Below, piece by piece: positions 34,613-45,132 of a stretch of 50,936 nucleotides of DNA. Origin of the DNA: Bacteroidales bacterium (GTDB taxonomy: Bacteria; Bacteroidota; Bacteroidia; Bacteroidales; GCA-2748055); contig JBBDIE010000180.1 in assembly GCA_040880545.1 (NCBI GenBank), forward strand, positions 13,962-64,897, read 5' to 3'. Each line of letters starts with the position of its first letter. The stretch's first letter is position 1. The translations under genes were made by a program, and so were the position numbers. The notes beneath the pieces are model-generated. The model was not told the origin of the DNA. It did no database searches and worked only from the letters and a program-made list of their open reading frames with translations.

Positions 34613-36124
34613 CTAAAAAGGCACATCCCCGTTGTTTGCATTCAACAGATCGGAATTGTCATCAATTTCCTTGTTGAGCCTGGATTGGAATGTAGCAGTT
34701 GGAGTCCCATCCTCATCTTCAAAGACATTCACGGCATCTTCAAGGTCGGAGAATTTGGCAAAATCACGAGCAAACTTTAGCTGAATATCGCCAATGGGAC
34801 CATTTCTGTGTTTCGCTACAATTATCTCGGCGATACCTTTTAGAGAATTACCCTCCTCATCGGTATCCATCCCATAGTATTCAGGTCTGTGTATGAAAAT
34901 AACCAGGTCAGCATCCTGCTCAATGGCTCCCGATTCCCGTAAGTCAGACAACTGTGGTCGTTTATTCCCCGATCGCATCTCCACGCTTCTGTTTAGCTGC
35001 GACAGGGCAATAATAGGAACATCCAGCTCTTTGGCAATACTTTTTAATGAACGGCTGATAGTACTCACCTCCTGCTCCCTGCTCCCGGAATTGAATTTCT
35101 GTCCGGAAGTCATGAGCTGAAGGTAGTCGATCACCACTGCCTGGATATCATATTTCTGTTTCAGTCTCCGGCACTTGGCCCTGAATTCGAAAATGGAAAT
35201 GGCCGGTGTATCATCAATATAAATGGGGGCCTGTTCCAGGTCTTTTATCTTGTATTCCAGCTGTTCCCATTGGTAATTTTCCAGCCGGCCGTTCCTGATC
35301 TTATCAGAAGGGAGCTGGGTTTCGGCAATTATCAGCCTGTTTACCAACTGTAGTGATGACATCTCCAGGGAAAAAAATGCAATCGGCCGTTTATGTTCTA
35401 CCGCTACATTCCGGGCCATGGACAAAACAAAGGCCGTTTTACCCATGGATGGTCGTGCTGCTACGATAATGAGATCAGAACGTTGCCACCCTGAAGTTAG
35501 CCTGTCAAGCATGGAAAATCCCGAAGGCACTCCGCTCAGACTATCCTCCCGTTTTCCTGCCTCCTCTATCTGATGCAGTGCATCGGCTATCAGCTTATTG
35601 ATCTTTATCGTCTCCTTCTTGATGTTTCCTTCTGCAATGTTCAGTAGTTCCCTTTCAGAAAAATCCAACAGATCATCCACGTCAATGGTTTCGTCGTATG
35701 ATCTGCTCTGAATTTCTGAAGATACCCGGATAAGTTCCCGTTGAATATACTTTTGCGCAACGATCCTTGCATGGTACTCCAGGTGTGCGGCGGATCCCAC
35801 TCTGCTGGTCAGCTGTGATATATACGTGGCTCCTCCCACCTCTTCCAACTGCTCCCGCTTGCGAAGTTCTTCCGTAATTGTCAGTAGGTCAATTGGATGC
35901 TCCCTGGTGGAGAGATCCATCGCGACAGTATAAATTTTTTGATGTGCTTCCTGGTAAAAACATTCAGGCAACAGGATATCCAGCACCGAGAGTATGGCAT
36001 CTTTCTCAAGCATGATCGCGCCAAGTACCGCAGCCTCCAGGTCAAGCGCCTGAGGTGGTATCTTTCCATGATCTGCAGCTATTACACTGATCTTCTTTCC
36101 AGGTGAATTTTGTTTGTTTGCCAT
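34613..36124 (-). CDS. dnaB: Replicative DNA helicase
   Basis: PPQALDLE, AARPSMGKT, FSLEMS, IDYLQLM, LSQLNR, DLRESGAIEQDAD, KHRNG; no intein. Start set at MANKQ, downstream of TACCTTTG (36146-36153). Confidence 0.97.
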   Translation of the reverse strand: MANKQNSPGKKISVIAADHGKIPPQALDLEAAVLGAIMLEKDAILSVLDILLPECFYQEAHQKIYTVAMDLSTREHPIDLLTITEELRKREQLEEVGGATYISQLTSRVGSAAHLEYHARIVAQKYIQRELIRVSSEIQSRSYDETIDVDDLLDFSERELLNIAEGNIKKETIKINKLIADALHQIEEAGKREDSLSGVPSGFSMLDRLTSGWQRSDLIIVAARPSMGKTAFVLSMARNVAVEHKRPIAFFSLEMSSLQLVNRLIIAETQLPSDKIRNGRLENYQWEQLEYKIKDLEQAPIYIDDTPAISIFEFRAKCRRLKQKYDIQAVVIDYLQLMTSGQKFNSGSREQEVSTISRSLKSIAKELDVPIIALSQLNRSVEMRSGNKRPQLSDLRESGAIEQDADLVIFIHRPEYYGMDTDEEGNSLKGIAEIIVAKHRNGPIGDIQLKFARDFAKFSDLEDAVNVFEDEDGTPTATFQSRLNKEIDDNSDLLNANNGDVPF

Positions 36125-36245
36125 ACCAATAATTATTAGAGAGCTCAAAGGTAGAAAAGATGAACTGATCCATAAAAGTACCGGCAAGGGAATTGTGAAC
36201 AGCCTCTGTTAAGTTATAATTAACAATTGTTGAAAAACGCTGTGT

Positions 36246-37976
36246 TTAAGGACTGGTAACGGTTTTGTTGTCAAAATGCTTTTCAATAATAATTAATAGC
36301 TCATTCAATCTGATGGGTTTAACAATATAGTCATCACATCCGGATTTCAACATTTTGTCGGCATCCCCCTCCATGGCCAGTGCCGATTGGGCGATTACAG
36401 GCAAATTTGGATGCATTTGCTTAATCAGTCTTGCCGCCTCGTATCCATCCATTACAGGCATCATGATATCCATTAGCACCATGTTCACATCCTTGTTCTC
36501 TGCGACCATATCAACCGCCTCCTTGCCGTTCCATGCATGTATTACCGTAGCACCGGTCTGCTCAATTAGCCTGAGTAAAAACTCAAAATTCATTTTTTCA
36601 TCTTCAGCAACCAGAATAACTTTGCCTTTCAGATTCATCTCTCCCAGATTGCTGAATCTCACCTTAGCCTCCTTTTCCATACTTGGCGGAGCAGGATTAT
36701 TCGGAATGGTGAAGTTAAACTCTGAACCACTTCCGTATTCGGAAACCACGCCAATCTCTCCGCCCATCAGTTGCACCAAATTCCTCGAAATAGATAAACC
36801 GATTCCTGTTCCCGGCTGTACGTTATAGGAGCCCTGTGTTTCAATCTTTCTGAACCTGTCGAATATTTCCAGAAGATGCTCCTCTTTAATCCCTGTCCCG
36901 GTGTCACGTACATAAAACTTTACAAAATCACCTTCAAGTTCACAACCGATGACGATTTCTCCCTTTTCCGTATACTTCAACGAATTTGACAGCAGGTTAA
37001 TCAGCACCTGCCTGAGCCGCGTCTTGTCAACCATCAGGTGCAAATCCTTTTCCGGATATCTGATAATTACATCGATCTTCTTGTCAGGATATTTAGCCAA
37101 CGACTGTTTTATGGTAGCTCCAACCTCTTTCATGACCGCCTGGATATCTGTGGAAGATTCCCTCAGGGTGAGTTCTCCTGCCTCTATTTTGGAAACATCA
37201 ATAATATCCTCAAGTAGCCTGAGCAAGCTCCTGCTGTTTTCGTCGATCACCCGAAGGTAATTTTCCTTTCGCTCTTTGGTAAGATCCCTGTATAACAATT
37301 GGTTAAAACCCAAAATCGCATTCATCGGAGTCCTGATCTCATGGGACATATTGGCAAGAAAGGCTGTTTTTAGCCGATCCGATTTCTCTGCTTTTTTCTT
37401 TTCTGAGATATAGCTGTTTTTTGCAAACATCAAAATGGCTCCCACCAGGGCCAGGTACATAAAGTAGGAGAAGTAAACATCCTTGAGCCTGGTTGCCTCT
37501 TCAGCATAAGGCTGTACAGCATTCGGAAACTTCATTTCAATAAAGAAAAAGGCGGCGATATTCAGAAGAAACAACATAATAAAAAATAACCTCTCTTTAC
37601 CGTTCCATACAAACAAAATCAGGGGAAAAAAGGCCATGTACAGGTACAATAGCGGCCCCCTTGAGCCATTATTAATAAAGAAAAAAAAGGCAAATATCCC
37701 GAAGGCTGCAAGGGTCAGGAGCCATTTGGCCGGCCCGAACTTATTCCTGAACCTGGAAAAATAGAAAAGGGTAATACTGAATACCATCGCAAACATTCCA
37801 AATAATAGCTGAAGTACCGGGGCACCGATTCCAATATTAATAATTGTGGTACCCAAGCCGATAAATCCACCCGAAAATGCGATGATGTTTATCAAACGAT
37901 GCTCTACACAAAAATCAGCCTCAGCACCTGTATGTATGGATTTGAACTTATTTAAAAGCAGGTAAAATTTTTTCAT
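36246..37976 (-). CDS. Hybrid sensor histidine kinase/response regulator with a multi-TM input domain
   Basis: 5-6 TM helices; FLANMSHEIRTPMN; NLLSNSLKYT, DTGTGI, GTGIGL; receiver domain MDIMMPVMDG. Promoter TATCTTTG at 37998-38005. Confidence 0.92.
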   Translation of the reverse strand: MKKFYLLLNKFKSIHTGAEADFCVEHRLINIIAFSGGFIGLGTTIINIGIGAPVLQLLFGMFAMVFSITLFYFSRFRNKFGPAKWLLTLAAFGIFAFFFFINNGSRGPLLYLYMAFFPLILFVWNGKERLFFIMLFLLNIAAFFFIEMKFPNAVQPYAEEATRLKDVYFSYFMYLALVGAILMFAKNSYISEKKKAEKSDRLKTAFLANMSHEIRTPMNAILGFNQLLYRDLTKERKENYLRVIDENSRSLLRLLEDIIDVSKIEAGELTLRESSTDIQAVMKEVGATIKQSLAKYPDKKIDVIIRYPEKDLHLMVDKTRLRQVLINLLSNSLKYTEKGEIVIGCELEGDFVKFYVRDTGTGIKEEHLLEIFDRFRKIETQGSYNVQPGTGIGLSISRNLVQLMGGEIGVVSEYGSGSEFNFTIPNNPAPPSMEKEAKVRFSNLGEMNLKGKVILVAEDEKMNFEFLLRLIEQTGATVIHAWNGKEAVDMVAENKDVNMVLMDIMMPVMDGYEAARLIKQMHPNLPVIAQSALAMEGDADKMLKSGCDDYIVKPIRLNELLIIIEKHFDNKTVTSP

Positions 37977-38131
37977 CTAAGATTTTCAAACATTCGTCAA
38001 AGATAATTATTATTTTAAAGAAATTTTGAGTGAATATTTTAAGCTTCTGTTATTTACAATAATTCAATTTAAAGCACGATTCAACAGCCATAAAAAATAG
38101 TTTTGATTACTTTTGTTGAAAACAGGTAAAT

Positions 38132-38950
38132 GTGATTCTGTACGCCCAGGCTAAGATCAATATCGGTTTGCAAATTCTCAGAAAGCGGGAAGATGGCTTT
38201 CATGATATATCGACTGTGATGAACGCGATACCATTGCGGGACATTATTGAGTTGAAGTTGGCAAACAGGAAATCTGCAGGATTTACAATGGACCAAACGG
38301 GCATAGTCGTTCCCGGAGAGATCGAATCCAACCTCTGCTACAAAAGCTGGCAAATTTTCTGCAAAACACACAATGCAGTACCCGTGAAGATTCATCTCCA
38401 CAAGTCCATCCCCCCAGGTGCCGGTTTAGGTGGAGGATCCTCCAATGCAACGGCCATTTTAAAAGGATTGAATGAACTCACTGGCAACCCGTTACAAAAC
38501 CGGCAGATTATCCGGCTTGCCGCTGAACTTGGAAGTGACTGCAGCTTTTTTATTAAAAATGAGCCGGTCATAGTCGAAGGGAGGGGTGAAATACTTCGTT
38601 CCTTTCCGGCAAAATTGAATGGTTTATATATGGTACTGCTGCATCCCGGCATTGGGGTAAATACGGCATGGGCATACCAACATGCTTCCCCGGATGATCA
38701 ACGAGACGACCTGCGTACAATCCTATCTGCGCCTGTTGAGAACTGGAGGGATACCCTGGTCAACGATTTTGAATCTACGGTTTTCCTATCCTATCCTGAA
38801 ATTGCACAGCTAAAGACAGCGCTTTACAGATCCGGAGCTGTGTATGCTTCCATGTCGGGTAGTGGTTCGGCTGTTTACGGCCTGTTTCATGAACCTCCCG
38901 TTATCCTTCCTGAAATTAAAAAACACCTTCTATGGAAAGGGAGACTTTAA
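38132..38950 (+). CDS. ispE: 4-diphosphocytidyl-2-C-methyl-D-erythritol kinase
   Basis: AKINIGL, KSIPPGAGLGGGSSNA, GSDCSFF, NDFE, MSGSGSAV. Promoter TACTTTTG at 38108-38115. Confidence 0.95.
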   Translation: MILYAQAKINIGLQILRKREDGFHDISTVMNAIPLRDIIELKLANRKSAGFTMDQTGIVVPGEIESNLCYKSWQIFCKTHNAVPVKIHLHKSIPPGAGLGGGSSNATAILKGLNELTGNPLQNRQIIRLAAELGSDCSFFIKNEPVIVEGRGEILRSFPAKLNGLYMVLLHPGIGVNTAWAYQHASPDDQRDDLRTILSAPVENWRDTLVNDFESTVFLSYPEIAQLKTALYRSGAVYASMSGSGSAVYGLFHEPPVILPEIKKHLLWKGRL

Positions 38951-39312
38951 TCCAGTTCCAGTTCAAATACCACCATGGATCTGGGAACACGGTCACCTTC
39001 CGACACATGAATCTTCTTAATCACTCCAGGCCTGCCGGATGAAACAATATTCTTCATCTTCATTGCCTCCAGGATCATCAGTTGCTCCCCCTCCTCAACA
39101 TGCTGTCCGACTTTCACGAAAATTTTGGTGATCGTTCCTGGAATAAAAGAGAGTACTTTACTCTCATCTTTCGGCACCCATGGCTTCCTGTCCAGAAATT
39201 TTCTGTTCAGCTCTGTCTTATACTTTCTGAATTCCACAACAAATTCATGTAATTCAGCTTCCGGTTTCTCCTTCATCTTCGTATCCTGTTTATGTTGGAT
39301 TTTCTTAGTCAT
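38947..39312 (-). CDS. Biotin carboxyl carrier protein
   Basis: IPGTI...VKVGQ.V..G..L.ILEAMKMKN. Start set at MTKKIQ, 10 nt after the upstream stop. Confidence 0.9.
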   Translation of the reverse strand: MTKKIQHKQDTKMKEKPEAELHEFVVEFRKYKTELNRKFLDRKPWVPKDESKVLSFIPGTITKIFVKVGQHVEEGEQLMILEAMKMKNIVSSGRPGVIKKIHVSEGDRVPRSMVVFELELD

Positions 39313-39322
39313 CGGTAATCCG

Positions 39323-40867
39323 TTAAAATGGAGGGATTCCATGTTTTTTCCTGGGCATCCCGATTTCCTTGTTGCCACTCACCTCAAGCGCGTGTTTTAA
39401 TACCTTGCGTGTCTCTGCAGGTTCAATTACAGAATCTATGAATCCCTTGGCAGCTGCAACATATGGGTTGGCAAACTTTGCAATATATTCTGCCACCTTC
39501 TCCTTCCTTACCTTATCCGGGTCCTCAGCGCTGGTAATCTCTTTTCTGAAAATTATATTTGCAGCCCCTTCAGGCCCCATCACTGCAACCTCCGCATCCG
39601 GCCATGCAAACACAAAATCTGCCCTTAAATGTCTGGAATTCATTGCAATATAGCCTCCACCATACGCCTTTCTTAAAATCACAGTGATCTTGGGAACAGT
39701 TGCCTCACTGTAGGCATACAATAATTTCGCCCCGTGCCGGATCACACCGGCATGTTCCTGGTCAACCCCGGGAAGGTATCCCGGCAGGTCAACCAATGTG
39801 ATGATCGGAATATTGAATGCATCGCAGAACCTGATAAACCTGGCAGACTTGTCGGATGAATCCACGTCCAGCACTCCCGCCAGTACTTTGGGTTGATTAG
39901 CCACAAATCCTACTGTTGTTCCTTCAATCCTCCCAAAACCGATAATAATATTGGCGGCCCAGTTTTCCTGTACCTCCAGAAAATCAGAATTATCGCTGAT
40001 GGACCTGATCACGTCACGCACATCATAAGGCATTGATTTGTCGGATGGTACGATTTTATTTATATTATACTCCTGCTTTGGTTCCACCACCGTTTTTCGT
40101 TCCGAAGGGGTGCTGTTCGACCAGGGCAGGTAGTTTAGTAATGCCTTGATCTGTGCAAAACACTCAGCTTCCGATTGGGCAAAGAAGTGTGCATTCCCGG
40201 TCATCTCACTATGTACCCTTGCACCGCCAAGCTCTTCCATGCTAATATCCTCACCAAGTACAGTCTTGATTACTTCCGGGCCTGTGATAAACATTTTGGA
40301 TATATTCTCCACCACAAAAACAAAATCTGTCAGTGCAGGTGAATAAACAGCCCCTCCGGCACAGGGTCCAAGGATCACGGAAATTTGCGGAATCACACCA
40401 CTGGCAAGTGTATTCCTGAAAAAGATCTCACCGTATCCTGCCAAAGAACTCACCCCCTCCTGGATTCTTGCTCCCCCCGAATCGTTGATGCCAATCAATG
40501 GCATCCGCATTTTCAGAGAGTGATCCATGATCTTGGTTATCTTTCGCGCATGCATGGATCCCAATGATCCACCCGCCACGGTAAAATCCTGGGCAAAGAT
40601 ACAAATTGGCTTTCCGCCTACGGTACCGGTACCGGTCACAACACCATCGCCGTGCAAAATTTTCTGCTCCATCCCAAAATCGCGTGCGTCATGCTCCACA
40701 AACAGATCATATTCATTAAATGTTCCTTCATCCAGGATCTGGATGATTCTCTCACGGGCTGTTAATTTACCCATGGCTACCTGCTTCTGAATTGCCTGCT
40801 CGCCACCACCCAACTGGATCTGGTCACGACGTTTTTGCAATTCACTCACTTTTTTTGTTGATGCCAT
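39323..40867 (-). CDS. Acyl-CoA carboxyltransferase (PccB/MmdA family)
   Basis: GKLTARERI, QDFTVAGGSLG, DSGGARIQEG, GPCAGGAVYSPA, RKAYGG, KKHGIPPF. Confidence 0.94.
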   Translation of the reverse strand: MASTKKVSELQKRRDQIQLGGGEQAIQKQVAMGKLTARERIIQILDEGTFNEYDLFVEHDARDFGMEQKILHGDGVVTGTGTVGGKPICIFAQDFTVAGGSLGSMHARKITKIMDHSLKMRMPLIGINDSGGARIQEGVSSLAGYGEIFFRNTLASGVIPQISVILGPCAGGAVYSPALTDFVFVVENISKMFITGPEVIKTVLGEDISMEELGGARVHSEMTGNAHFFAQSEAECFAQIKALLNYLPWSNSTPSERKTVVEPKQEYNINKIVPSDKSMPYDVRDVIRSISDNSDFLEVQENWAANIIIGFGRIEGTTVGFVANQPKVLAGVLDVDSSDKSARFIRFCDAFNIPIITLVDLPGYLPGVDQEHAGVIRHGAKLLYAYSEATVPKITVILRKAYGGGYIAMNSRHLRADFVFAWPDAEVAVMGPEGAANIIFRKEITSAEDPDKVRKEKVAEYIAKFANPYVAAAKGFIDSVIEPAETRKVLKHALEVSGNKEIGMPRKKHGIPPF

Positions 40868-41050
40868 AATAATATAATTGATTACTAAATAGTTACATTG
40901 ATATTTCCACAGGTTTTCCTGAAATTAAAAATACAATCTTAATAAATCTTTGCATGCAGAGAAACAGTATCCTCCCCTATCCCTTCCATTGAGCAATATA
41001 AATAATTCTTTATCAGGTATATGCCTAATTCAGGTTATACAACACAACGG

Positions 41051-42184
41051 CTACTTTGGTGCCAGTCTAAATAACCACAATGCCACAATAATAAACATGA
41101 TATTGGGAAGCCAGACGGCCAGTTCAACAGAAAGAAGTCCTCCAATGGCAAATTGAGATGAAAACTGCACAAAAAGTATGTACGTAAAACTAATGATCAC
41201 CCCGATGGCGATCTGCAGTCCAATTCCTCCCCTGACTTTCCTGGAAGATACCGCTACCCCGATAAAGGTGAGGATAAATGTGGAAAAAGGGAAAGATATT
41301 CGTTTATGTCGTTCGATCTGGTATGCCTTCACATTGGTTTCACCCTGCATCTTCTGCTGATTAATAAATTCATCCAGATCCTTCAAATTCATCGTCTCAA
41401 CAAAATTTACCCTCCGCTCAAAATCGGAAGGAAGAATGTTGATGGTGGTATCCTTTATACGCCCGGATGTAATAGTTTCATGCAACCCATCAATGTCCCG
41501 CTGGTAATATCTCCGAAGCGACCATTTGTCAACAGCAGTGTCCCACCGGATCTGATCCGCCATCAATTTTGAAACCAGTTGGGTACCCTCAAATTTTTCC
41601 AAAGAAAAATTGTATCCTGTTTTTGAAATCGTACTGTAATTTTCCAGGTAAACGTAAATACCAGGTTCGATTTGCCGATGGAAATTCTTTGAATTGAAAC
41701 GCATGGGCCGGTTGTGAATATACTTCTCCTCAAACTTTAACTTCACCGCATTTGACTTTGGAATTACCTTATCATTCAGAAAAAAGGAGAGCCCTGCAAT
41801 GATGATGGAAGAGATCAGGTAAGGCCTCAGTAACCTTCTAAAACTCATGCCACTGTTCAAAATGGCAATAATTTCAGTATTATATGCCATCCGGGATGTG
41901 AAATAAATTACCGCGATAAAAGTAAACAGTGAACTGAAAAGCACACCAAAATAGGGAATGAAATTCATGTAGTATTCGAATATGATCTCCTTCAGCTTTG
42001 CACCGTTTTCGATAAAATCATCAATTTTTTCAGATATATCAAAAACAACGGCAATGGCAAGGATCAATGAGATCGCCAGAAAGAACGTACCAAGGAATTT
42101 CCTGATAATATAAATATCGATGATCTTCAGCCTGAGCAGCCTTATAATCTTGTGCTTAATTCTTTCACCATATTTATTTTCCAT
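41051..42184 (-). CDS. LptF/LptG family LPS export permease
   Basis: IDIYIIRKFLGTF, EIIAILNSGMS..RLLRPY, AVWLPNI. The true start may be the CTG at 42130. Confidence 0.9.
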   Translation of the reverse strand: MENKYGERIKHKIIRLLRLKIIDIYIIRKFLGTFFLAISLILAIAVVFDISEKIDDFIENGAKLKEIIFEYYMNFIPYFGVLFSSLFTFIAVIYFTSRMAYNTEIIAILNSGMSFRRLLRPYLISSIIIAGLSFFLNDKVIPKSNAVKLKFEEKYIHNRPMRFNSKNFHRQIEPGIYVYLENYSTISKTGYNFSLEKFEGTQLVSKLMADQIRWDTAVDKWSLRRYYQRDIDGLHETITSGRIKDTTINILPSDFERRVNFVETMNLKDLDEFINQQKMQGETNVKAYQIERHKRISFPFSTFILTFIGVAVSSRKVRGGIGLQIAIGVIISFTYILFVQFSSQFAIGGLLSVELAVWLPNIMFIIVALWLFRLAPK

Positions 42185-43272
42185 GGCGTAAATTCACCTT
42201 TCCTTATTTGATTAAACGCTTCCCTGACGAGCCATAAGTAAAATGCCAGGTTGTGCATGGTTGCAATTTGTGCCCCCAAAAGTTCTCCTGCTATGACTAG
42301 ATGACGTAAATAAGCTTTCGAATATTGCATGTCCACTACTGAATGGTTCATTTCATCCACCGGAGAGAAATCGTTCATCCACTTCCGGTTCCTGATATTG
42401 ATGATCCCCTTGCTTGTGAACAACATCCCGTTTCTGCCATTTCTGGTGGGCATAACACAGTCGAACATATCCACCCCCCTTTCAATGCTTTCCAGAATAT
42501 TTACCGGGGTTCCAACCCCCATCAGGTAACGCGGCCTGTCGTCGGGCAGTATCTCATTCACTATCTCAATCATGCCATACATATCTTCAACCGGTTCCCC
42601 AACCGATAACCCACCGATGGCATTTCCTTCGGCTCCGAGGGAAGCAATTTTTTCGGCTGACTTTTTCCTCAATTCCTTATAAACACTACCTTGTACAATG
42701 GGAATAAAAGCCTGTTCATGTCCATAAGCAGGGCCACTGTTCTTAAAGTGCTCCCAACCCCTGTCAAGCCAGTGATGTGTCAGGTTCAACGACTCGTCCG
42801 CATATTTCATGTCGCATGGCCAGGGGGTACATTCATCAAAGGCCATGATCAGATCAGCACCGATCGTCCGCTGTACATCCACCACGTTTTCAGGAGTAAA
42901 CAGATGCTTCGATCCATCAATATGTGACCGGAAACTTGCGCCTTCCCTGGTCAGTTTCCTGTTTTCAGAAAGTGAAAATACCTGATAACCGCCACTGTCC
43001 GTAAGGATCGAACGGTCCCAGTTCATAAATTTATGCAATCCTCCCACTTCAGACAATACCTCTGTTCCCGGTCGCAGGTATAGATGGTAGGTATTCCCAA
43101 GTATTATGGGAGCATTAATATCATTTTTCAAATCATGCTGATGAACCGATTTAACAGTTCCCTGGGTACCCACGGGCATAAAGATGGGCGTTTCAAAGGT
43201 AGAGTGGTCAGTTGTAATCCTTCCCGCCCTTGCACTGCTTTTTGTATCCTTATGTAATATTTCGAACTTCAT
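42142..43272 (-). CDS. tgt: tRNA-guanine transglycosylase
   Basis: TPIFMPVGT, NTYHL, TDSGGYQVFSL, GGLSVGE, YLMGVG, FDCVMPTRNGRNG. Promoter TATCTTTG at 43289-43296. Confidence 0.97.
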   Translation of the reverse strand: MKFEILHKDTKSSARAGRITTDHSTFETPIFMPVGTQGTVKSVHQHDLKNDINAPIILGNTYHLYLRPGTEVLSEVGGLHKFMNWDRSILTDSGGYQVFSLSENRKLTREGASFRSHIDGSKHLFTPENVVDVQRTIGADLIMAFDECTPWPCDMKYADESLNLTHHWLDRGWEHFKNSGPAYGHEQAFIPIVQGSVYKELRKKSAEKIASLGAEGNAIGGLSVGEPVEDMYGMIEIVNEILPDDRPRYLMGVGTPVNILESIERGVDMFDCVMPTRNGRNGMLFTSKGIINIRNRKWMNDFSPVDEMNHSVVDMQYSKAYLRHLVIAGELLGAQIATMHNLAFYLWLVREAFNQIRKGEFTPWKINMVKELSTRL

Positions 43273-43387
43273 CCGTAACTTCAGTCGGCAAAGATACGTA
43301 TTATGTTAATAAAAAAACGCCGCGTTTCAGGACCACTGGTTGTGGATGAACATAATCTTTCCTAACATTGCTGCTTAATTTGAAGGA

Positions 43388-44530
43388 ATGATTTTTGACC
43401 AACTTTATAATACTTCGGACCCTGTTATCTGGATCATTGCAGGAATGCTTGCATTTTCACTCCTGATACAATTCATCTATTATTTGTTCATCTATGCAAG
43501 GGTTCCTGGCCACCGGTCTCCTAAAACAGAAACTAAGCCTATACCGGTCTCTGTGGTAATCTGTGCCAGGAACGAAGCGGAGAACCTCTCTAAAAATCTG
43601 CCTCGTTTTCTTAGCCAGGAATATCCGGAATACGAAGTGGTGGTTGTCAATGACTGTTCCACAGATCATACCGAAGAGGTGCTGATGAATATGAAAGTGA
43701 AGTATCCGAATTTTAGGTATACCACCATCCCGCAGGACAATAAATTCACACATGGAAAAAAACTGGCCCTTACCGTGGGTATCAAATCGGCAAATCACGA
43801 ACATATGCTTCTCAGCGATGCTGATTGTTATCCATCCTCGGATCAATGGATCAGAAGTATGACGCGTCATTTTTCCAAAGAAACAGAACTGATCCTCGGG
43901 GTCGGCAAGTATGAAAGGAAAAGAGGGTTGTTAAACATCATTGTCCGATATGAAACCCTCTACACAGCCATGCAATACCTCTCATTTGCCATCAGAGGTA
44001 AAGCATATATGGGGGTGGGACGGAACATGGCATACAAAAAAGAGTTGTTTTACAGGCACAAAGGTTTTGCAAGTCACCTGAAAGTACTCTCGGGAGATGA
44101 CGACCTTTTTGTAAATGAAGCGACAACAAAGAAAAACACGGCTGTGGAGTTTTCACACGGTAGCCTGACCCTTTCCTCCCCTCCTGCATCTTTCAATGGC
44201 TGGTTCAAGCAGAAAAAAAGGCACCTGTCCAGCTCAAAATATTATCGTTTCTCTTCAAAATTCAGACTTGGAATGGAATACTTCACCCGGATACTTTTCT
44301 ATTCTTCTTCCATTTTTCTACTCTTCACGGAACACTGGAAATGGGTAGGTATTGGAGCGCTGGTTCTCCTGGCATTGGTAAGGATGCTGATTGTTAAATT
44401 GACCATGCAACGATTGGATGAAAGGGATTTATTGCTACCTTCGTTGTTGTTAGATCCACTTATGCCGCTTATCCTGGCAGCGGTTTGGATCGCAAACTAC
44501 ATCAGACCACGTGAACCTAAATGGAATTAA
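43388..44530 (+). CDS. Membrane GT2 glycosyltransferase
   Basis: N-terminal TM; SVVICARNE, NDCSTD, GKKLAL, DADC, SGDDDL, QKKRH; C-terminal TMs. Confidence 0.88.
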   Translation: MIFDQLYNTSDPVIWIIAGMLAFSLLIQFIYYLFIYARVPGHRSPKTETKPIPVSVVICARNEAENLSKNLPRFLSQEYPEYEVVVVNDCSTDHTEEVLMNMKVKYPNFRYTTIPQDNKFTHGKKLALTVGIKSANHEHMLLSDADCYPSSDQWIRSMTRHFSKETELILGVGKYERKRGLLNIIVRYETLYTAMQYLSFAIRGKAYMGVGRNMAYKKELFYRHKGFASHLKVLSGDDDLFVNEATTKKNTAVEFSHGSLTLSSPPASFNGWFKQKKRHLSSSKYYRFSSKFRLGMEYFTRILFYSSSIFLLFTEHWKWVGIGALVLLALVRMLIVKLTMQRLDERDLLLPSLLLDPLMPLILAAVWIANYIRPREPKWN

Positions 44531-45126
44531 ATAACAGCTTATCTGAAAAAGCACAGCAGGATATTGAGCTGGTAGATAGAGCAAAAAATGGTGATCAACA
44601 AGCCTACGCGCAACTGCTGGGGAAGTACCGTGATGCAATCTACTTTATGCTCCTAAAAATGGTAAGTAATCCTACAGATGCAGAGGATCTGACCATTGAA
44701 GCCTTTGGTAAGGCATTTAAGAATCTGAAACAGTATACTCCCAATTTTGCATTTAGTACATGGCTTTTTAAAATAGCCTCCAATAACTGTATCGACTATA
44801 TCAGGAAACAGCGTGGCAGTACCGTCTCCCTTGACCAATCGGTAGACGGTGAAGAAAACCTGAGCCCCTCCACCATGATCCAGTCTGATGCCCCCGATCC
44901 GGAAGCAAGCATGATCAATGAGCAGAAGATCAAAATGATGCACGAAGTGGTTGCCAAGTTAAAACCACGATACAGATCGCTGATCGAACTGCGTTATTTC
45001 AATGAATATTCATACGAAGAAATCTCCGACCACCTGGAATTACCCATCGGCACAGTAAAGGCCCAGCTGTTCAGGGCACGTGAGCTACTCCTGAACATCC
45101 TCAAAAATACGGATGCCAAAAGCTGA
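44521..45126 (+). CDS. ECF-type RNA polymerase sigma-70 factor
   Basis: DAEDLTIEAFGKAF, FSTWLFKIASNNCID, SYEEIS..LELPIGTVKAQLFRAR. Confidence 0.93.
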   Translation: MELNNSLSEKAQQDIELVDRAKNGDQQAYAQLLGKYRDAIYFMLLKMVSNPTDAEDLTIEAFGKAFKNLKQYTPNFAFSTWLFKIASNNCIDYIRKQRGSTVSLDQSVDGEENLSPSTMIQSDAPDPEASMINEQKIKMMHEVVAKLKPRYRSLIELRYFNEYSYEEISDHLELPIGTVKAQLFRARELLLNILKNTDAKS

Positions 45127-45132
45127 CCCCGT

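Noticed and set aside
36190-36240. DnaA-box cluster or palindromes upstream of dnaB (TGTTAA-N7-TTAACA, AACAATTGTT)
   Set aside because: Matches are at most 7/9 in AT-rich DNA; not distinguishable from chance without comparative data.
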